Assembly: GCA_050015395.1 (NCBI GenBank)
Contig: JBEKBM010000015.1
Span: 11,544-75,543 of the forward strand
Source of the DNA: Candidatus Bathyarchaeia archaeon
GTDB lineage: Archaea; Thermoproteota; Bathyarchaeia; Bathyarchaeales; Bathycorpusculaceae
Length of the DNA stretch: 64,000 bases
Reading direction: 5' to 3'
Both the position numbers and the translations under genes were made by a program. Below are positions 59,205 through 64,000 of the stretch, in pieces; position 1 is the first letter of the stretch; each line of letters starts with the position of its first letter. A model generated the notes under the pieces. It was not told the DNA's origin and made no database searches. It saw nothing but the letters and a program-made list of their open reading frames with translations.

Positions 59205-59478
59205 CGAAAGGGCGATTCCGACGAAGACTAATGCGGCTATGGGAATTAGAGGTGCTTTTTGGAATCTCTGGTTTACCGAGAAGATAATGTGTGTAGTAAG
59301 TCTTAATAAATATTATTCATTTCGAATCCCAAAAAATGCGCGGGTTTTAAGTGGCATATTGCCTGATTATTCTGCAGATGGAAAAATAGAAGCAAATATC
59401 ACATAAATATATATATGTTACTAGCAGAAAAGTAAACCAATTTATTCGTTTGAGGTGTAATTTAGGAGAAGGATCGGT

Positions 59479-59685
59479 GTGCGGAGAGTTCAGCTAGCAG
59501 TAGTGGGAATGCTATGCTTTTCAGCAACGTTTGGCATATTCCAGTTTTTGAAATATTCAAGTTCTGGAAACGTCACATATATCATGGTATCTGGCTCTCC
59601 CACTACAACCCGACATAATGAGCCCTACCTCTACGGAGGAGCTCAAATCTTAGTCAACACGAAATATAAGGATAAAAAAACATGA
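59479..59685 (+). CDS. Small putative membrane protein coupled to the large surface-protein gene
   Basis: AGGAG upstream, hydrophobic N-terminus, ATGA overlap with ATG 59682. Confidence 0.35.
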   Translation: MRRVQLAVVGMLCFSATFGIFQFLKYSSSGNVTYIMVSGSPTTTRHNEPYLYGGAQILVNTKYKDKKT

Positions 59686-62600
59686 AGAAACTACTGAACA
59701 AAAAAATATCTTTAATAATCATTTCAACTCTGCTGCTTCTAGGCATGACTGCGATTCTAATAGATATTCCAGCTGTTCATGCTTCAAGCCAGTTGATTTT
59801 GCGCCCTGATGCTAATGGCACTTACCAGCAGTTTTCTGAGGTGCCATCCAGCGTATTCTTGTTTGGAGACTCGTTTGAAAGTGGAGATATAAGCGCATGG
59901 ACAGGAACAGCGAGTGCAGGTGGTTCTTATGCGGTTGTTACTTCTCCCGTTTATTCTGGAAATTATGCTTACCAAAGTTATTGTGGTTTGGGGTACATGC
60001 AGCTTTACGAGAATTTTGCAACTTCTTACCCAACGCTTTATTTTCTTGCTTATGTTCAACTTGGAACGTTGCCCCCTCCAGGTAAATACGTTACTACGCT
60101 TTGGATAACGAACAGCGTCCGTTCCCAAAATATCGTCGATGGGCAAGTCATTAATATTGGTGGGACTTTATATTGGCGACTTACTTATAGTGACAACAGC
60201 GGGACGCATAGCATAACAACTGCTACTCCTACCCCAACAACTGGCGTATGGTACTGCATAGAAATCGATATCGTTCAGGGAAGCGGTTCAGGCTCAGTTG
60301 CTATGTATCTTAATGGTGGTAGTAGTCCACTTTTAAGTGCTACGGGGTTGACTAATACTAATTATGCGCCTCAAACTGTTGTTTTGGATAATGAGGCTGG
60401 AGACAACGGTTACATGTATTATGACGATGTTGCTGTTTCAACCAATAACACTGCAGCACATTACAGTTTAGTTAATGACCAAAGCGACAACACTGCCTTG
60501 CAAGCTAACAGCACTACAGAGCAAGAAACTGAATTGCTTGCAACTACGTCTCAGACGGGAACGATAAACAGCGTAGTCGTGAACATGGTAGCTTTAGCAT
60601 CAACGTCTGGATGCAGTGCTGAAACCTTATGTTATACTCACAGCACACCTTACGATGGCGCGTCAACGTCAATCGCAAGCGGAACACTCTTAAGTAGCGG
60701 CGGAGCATCAAACACAAACGGGTTTAGCACTTACTCAACAACTTATACGACTAACCCGAACACTGGTTTACCGTGGACATGGGCGGAAGTTAACGCACTG
60801 CAAATCGGTGCTCAAGCAACAACTTTACCGAGCGGAGACACAATTCAGTTTAGCCAGTTTTACGTAGTGGTGAATTATGCTTCTCAGTTCCAGGTGACTT
60901 TCGCCAGTTCTGGTCTTGGCGCTGATGCTACTGGAAACTTAGTGAGTTACAGCGTTAACGGCGGTGCTGCCAGCTCGATTGGCGTGTCTGGCGGTTCCAT
61001 CTTGGTTGATTCCGGTGCGATCGTTACCTACAGCTTCAATACTGTAGCGAGCAGCAACACTGGTGAGCAGTATCAGCTTGTCAGTGTTACTGGTCCTGCT
61101 TCTGGATTCACTGTTTCTGGCCCTACCACGTTAACAGGCAACTATGTGACACAGTACGAGGTTACTTTCTCCAGTTCTGGTCTTGCTGCTGATGCTTCTG
61201 GGAACTTGGTGACTTTCAGCGTTAGCGGCGGATCATATTCTGGTGCTACTAGCCCGATTAGCGTGTCTGGCGGTTACATCTGGGTTAATAATGGCGCGTC
61301 TGTTACCTACAGCTTTGTTAATCCTGTTATGAGCACCAACACTGGTGAGCAGTATCGGTTTGGCAGCGTTACTGGCCTTACTTCTCCGATCAGTGTTTCC
61401 GGCGCTTGCACGGTGACTGGCAACTATGTGACACAGTATAAGGTGACTTTCTCAAGCAGCGGTCTTGCTGCTGATGCTTCTGGGAACTTGGTGACTTTCA
61501 GCGTTAGCGGCGGATCATATTCTGGTGCTACTAGCCCGATTAGCGTGTCTGGCGGTTACATCTGGGTTAATAATGGCGCGTCTGTTACCTACAGCTTTGT
61601 TAATCCTGTTATGAGCACCAACACTGGTGAGCAGTATCGGTTTGGCAGCGTTACTGGCCTTACTTCTCCGATCAGTGTTTCCGGCGCTTGCACGGTGACT
61701 GGCAACTATGTGACACAGTATAAGGTGACTTTCGTTGTTAGTCCTTCTGGAGGCGGTTCGACTAGTCCGTCTGGTTCTAATGTTTGGGAAAATGCAGGTT
61801 CTCTTAGTATATCTGCCTCAGCGAATAGTGGTTACTCGTTCTTGTCTTGGTCAAGCAATACTGGGTCAATCACTATTACCAGTACAAGTTCTGCTTCTAC
61901 GACGGCGACGATAAATGGAGTTGGCACTATTACAGCAAACTTCTTGGGTAATCTGGATCACTTCGTGTTTAGCTCTGTTGGTTCTCAGATTGCGGGTACC
62001 CCGTTTACCATAACGATTACGGCTGAGGACGCTTCTGGCAACACGGTTACAAGCTACAGTGGCACACCGACTTTGACGTATTCAGCTGGGTCTATCAGTC
62101 CGTCTTCTGCAACTGGCGGCTTCATTAATGGTGTTTGGACTGGTTCAGTCACGGTTACTGCTGCTGGTTCAAGCGTTACTCTTGGTGTGAATGATGGCAA
62201 CGGCCAAACTGGAACAAGTAACCCATTCACGGTTACTCATGCTTCTGCGGTGTCTTCTCTAACGGCTTCTTTGAGTCCGACGTCGGTTGCGACTCCGGGC
62301 ACGGTGACTGGGTCGGCTACGGCATATGACGCGTATGGCAACACTTGGGACGTCAGCACTTTGGCGACTTGGAGTATTCCCGCTGGCGGCGACGGCGGCT
62401 CCTGGTCAAGCAATGTTTACACTTCGCATACTGCAGGCACCTACACTGTTCAGGCTACTTATTTAGGCAAGACTGCTACGGCTTCTTTGACGGTTACGGC
62501 GCGCGCGCTGAATCTTACTATTTCTGCTTCTGCTGGTGCTAATGGAACGATTAGCCCAAGTGGTTCTGTAAGCGTCAACTATGGTGGTAATCAGAGTTTC

Positions 62601-64000
62601 GCTGTAACGGCGAGTGCTGGCTACCACATTGTTGATGTCGTTGTGGATGGTGTTTCTCAGGGTGCGGTTTCGTCTTACACCTTCACCAACGTCCAGGCAG
62701 ATCAAACGATCACTGCAAGCTTCGGGATCAACACCAACACAACAAAGACAATAGTTGGAATAGTATACAGCATATCCAACACCACTACCATAATTCCCAT
62801 CACAAAAGAAGGAAACATAAGTTTTCAGCAATTTTTGACGAATGTCACATTCGTACCATACCCACACACCACGTCAACCCTAGTGTCCTTCACAATTACA
62901 GGACCAAGCGGAACAGTGGGCTTTAGCAACATGACCCTTCCGAAAACTGCCATACCCTACGGAACAATTCCACTCGTATACATAAATGGCACGCTGGCTG
63001 CAAACCAGGGCTACACACAAGACGCCACTAACTTCTACGTATGGTACACAACACACTTCAGCACACACCTAGTGACAATACAAGTCACAACACCAACGCC
63101 GTCACCAACACCATTGTATCTCATACTCGCTGCCGTCTTAGCCGCCGCCGCAATCCTCCTTTTAATCTTCCTAATCCTCCTATTGATTAGAAGACGAAAA
63201 ACTACTCACTTGGTGGTTTCAAGTGGGACTTCTCAGGTTGCTGGTACGGTTTTCTATATGACGGTTACGGCTAAAGACGCGCGTGGAAATACGGTTACGG
63301 GCTATACTGGTACGGTTCATTTCAGCTCTTCAGATTCTGGGTCTGGTGTTAGTTTGCCAAGCAACTATACGTTCCAGCCTAGCGATAAAGGTATTATGTG
63401 TTTCTCGGTTACGTTGGTGACGCCTACTGGTACTGGGTCGATTACGGCTACTGACACGGTGACTAGCTCGATTACTGGTTCTCAGACTGACATAACGGTG
63501 AATGCTGCTTCTGCTACGCGGTTGGTTTTTGTAGGTGTGCCTTCTTCTTTGGATGCTGGCGTGACTTCTGGGGCGATTACGGTTCAGTTGCAGGATGCTC
63601 ATGGTAATCCTGTCAATGCTGAGTCGGCTGTTATGGTTGCTTTGTCTCCCAGTGGCAAGTGGTATTCAGATTCTGACGGTAGCACATTGATTTCGAATGA
63701 TCAGATTACGATAAGTGCAGGCTCGAGTAGTAGTTCAAGTTTCTATTTCAAGAGTACTGCTGCTGGGTCTGTTTCGTTGGGTGCTTCTGGCGGCAACTAT
63801 ACGTCAGCATCGGCTAGTTTGACGGTTACCCCAAAACGACCGCAAAGCCGTTCTCGACACACTAGAAGGGCTACTGCTCTGGATCACATAGTGATTAGTC
63901 CGGGTGCAGCGTCGATTACTGCTGGTGTTTCTCAGGACTACTCTGCTGAGGCGTTTGACCAGTATGGTAACAGCTTGGGCAGTGTCACCGCTACCTACAG
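59682..64000 (+). CDS. Very large modular cell-surface protein (signal peptide, LamG/ConA-like domain, Ig-like repeats, internal TM anchor, further Ig-like modules); partial
   Basis: Absent from the ORF track because it has no stop in the window; hand translation is open for 1439 codons. Motifs: MKKLLNKKISLIIISTLLLLG, DSFESGDISAW...WYCIEI...YYDDVAVS, TNPNTGLPWTWAEVNALQIG, AxDxxGN Ig modules, YVWYTTHFSTH, TM at 63114-63188 followed by RRRK. Confidence 0.92.
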   Translation, partial: MKKLLNKKISLIIISTLLLLGMTAILIDIPAVHASSQLILRPDANGTYQQFSEVPSSVFLFGDSFESGDISAWTGTASAGGSYAVVTSPVYSGNYAYQSYCGLGYMQLYENFATSYPTLYFLAYVQLGTLPPPGKYVTTLWITNSVRSQNIVDGQVINIGGTLYWRLTYSDNSGTHSITTATPTPTTGVWYCIEIDIVQGSGSGSVAMYLNGGSSPLLSATGLTNTNYAPQTVVLDNEAGDNGYMYYDDVAVSTNNTAAHYSLVNDQSDNTALQANSTTEQETELLATTSQTGTINSVVVNMVALASTSGCSAETLCYTHSTPYDGASTSIASGTLLSSGGASNTNGFSTYSTTYTTNPNTGLPWTWAEVNALQIGAQATTLPSGDTIQFSQFYVVVNYASQFQVTFASSGLGADATGNLVSYSVNGGAASSIGVSGGSILVDSGAIVTYSFNTVASSNTGEQYQLVSVTGPASGFTVSGPTTLTGNYVTQYEVTFSSSGLAADASGNLVTFSVSGGSYSGATSPISVSGGYIWVNNGASVTYSFVNPVMSTNTGEQYRFGSVTGLTSPISVSGACTVTGNYVTQYKVTFSSSGLAADASGNLVTFSVSGGSYSGATSPISVSGGYIWVNNGASVTYSFVNPVMSTNTGEQYRFGSVTGLTSPISVSGACTVTGNYVTQYKVTFVVSPSGGGSTSPSGSNVWENAGSLSISASANSGYSFLSWSSNTGSITITSTSSASTTATINGVGTITANFLGNLDHFVFSSVGSQIAGTPFTITITAEDASGNTVTSYSGTPTLTYSAGSISPSSATGGFINGVWTGSVTVTAAGSSVTLGVNDGNGQTGTSNPFTVTHASAVSSLTASLSPTSVATPGTVTGSATAYDAYGNTWDVSTLATWSIPAGGDGGSWSSNVYTSHTAGTYTVQATYLGKTATASLTVTARALNLTISASAGANGTISPSGSVSVNYGGNQSFAVTASAGYHIVDVVVDGVSQGAVSSYTFTNVQADQTITASFGINTNTTKTIVGIVYSISNTTTIIPITKEGNISFQQFLTNVTFVPYPHTTSTLVSFTITGPSGTVGFSNMTLPKTAIPYGTIPLVYINGTLAANQGYTQDATNFYVWYTTHFSTHLVTIQVTTPTPSPTPLYLILAAVLAAAAILLLIFLILLLIRRRKTTHLVVSSGTSQVAGTVFYMTVTAKDARGNTVTGYTGTVHFSSSDSGSGVSLPSNYTFQPSDKGIMCFSVTLVTPTGTGSITATDTVTSSITGSQTDITVNAASATRLVFVGVPSSLDAGVTSGAITVQLQDAHGNPVNAESAVMVALSPSGKWYSDSDGSTLISNDQITISAGSSSSSSFYFKSTAAGSVSLGASGGNYTSASASLTVTPKRPQSRSRHTRRATALDHIVISPGAASITAGVSQDYSAEAFDQYGNSLGSVTATY
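61179..61733 (+). repeat. Identical intragenic tandem repeat, 273 bp at 282-bp (94-codon) period
   Basis: 61179-61451 equals 61461-61733; a diverged third copy lies at ~60890-61170. Confidence 0.92.

Noticed and set aside
59784-63602. Short ORFs called in the last 4 kb
   Set aside because: All lie inside the uncalled long + strand frame starting at 59682.

Overview
Archaeal chromosome segment, most likely Candidatus Bathyarchaeia or a related TACK lineage. This is inferred from the archaeal-type AsnRS, TrpRS and type II MetAP, the DUF1512-like gene, a stand-alone 5S rRNA, GGTGA/GGAGG RBSs and the style of the secreted proteins. 1-8 kb is housekeeping: CDF transporter, asnS, FNR-like oxidoreductase, 5S rRNA, DUF1512, map. 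8.4-12.4 kb is an accessory three-gene cassette. It has two paralogous TRAFAC GTPases, one intact and one broken by a nonsense codon and three frameshifts. The broken copy is translationally coupled to a ~590-aa partner. The cassette resembles the bacterial double-GTPase/GAP conflict systems and is bracketed by exact tandem duplications. 12.5-25.6 kb holds trpS, two toxin-antitoxin pairs, three paralogous pol-beta-type nucleotidyltransferases next to a CitG-family gene, two Amt channels and MarC. 25.6-54.7 kb holds secreted proteins and a ~26 kb surface-glycan locus: many GT4/GT2 enzymes, FdtA/FdtB-like genes, two radical SAM enzymes, ATP-grasp, HAD, methyltransferases, an MNT-HEPN insert and several pseudogenes. 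55-64 kb holds large cell-surface proteins, including a >1439-codon ORF missed by the ORF track that continues with Ig-like modules after its membrane anchor. No CRISPR array or tRNA was recognised. All family calls come from motif recognition by eye, not database searches.
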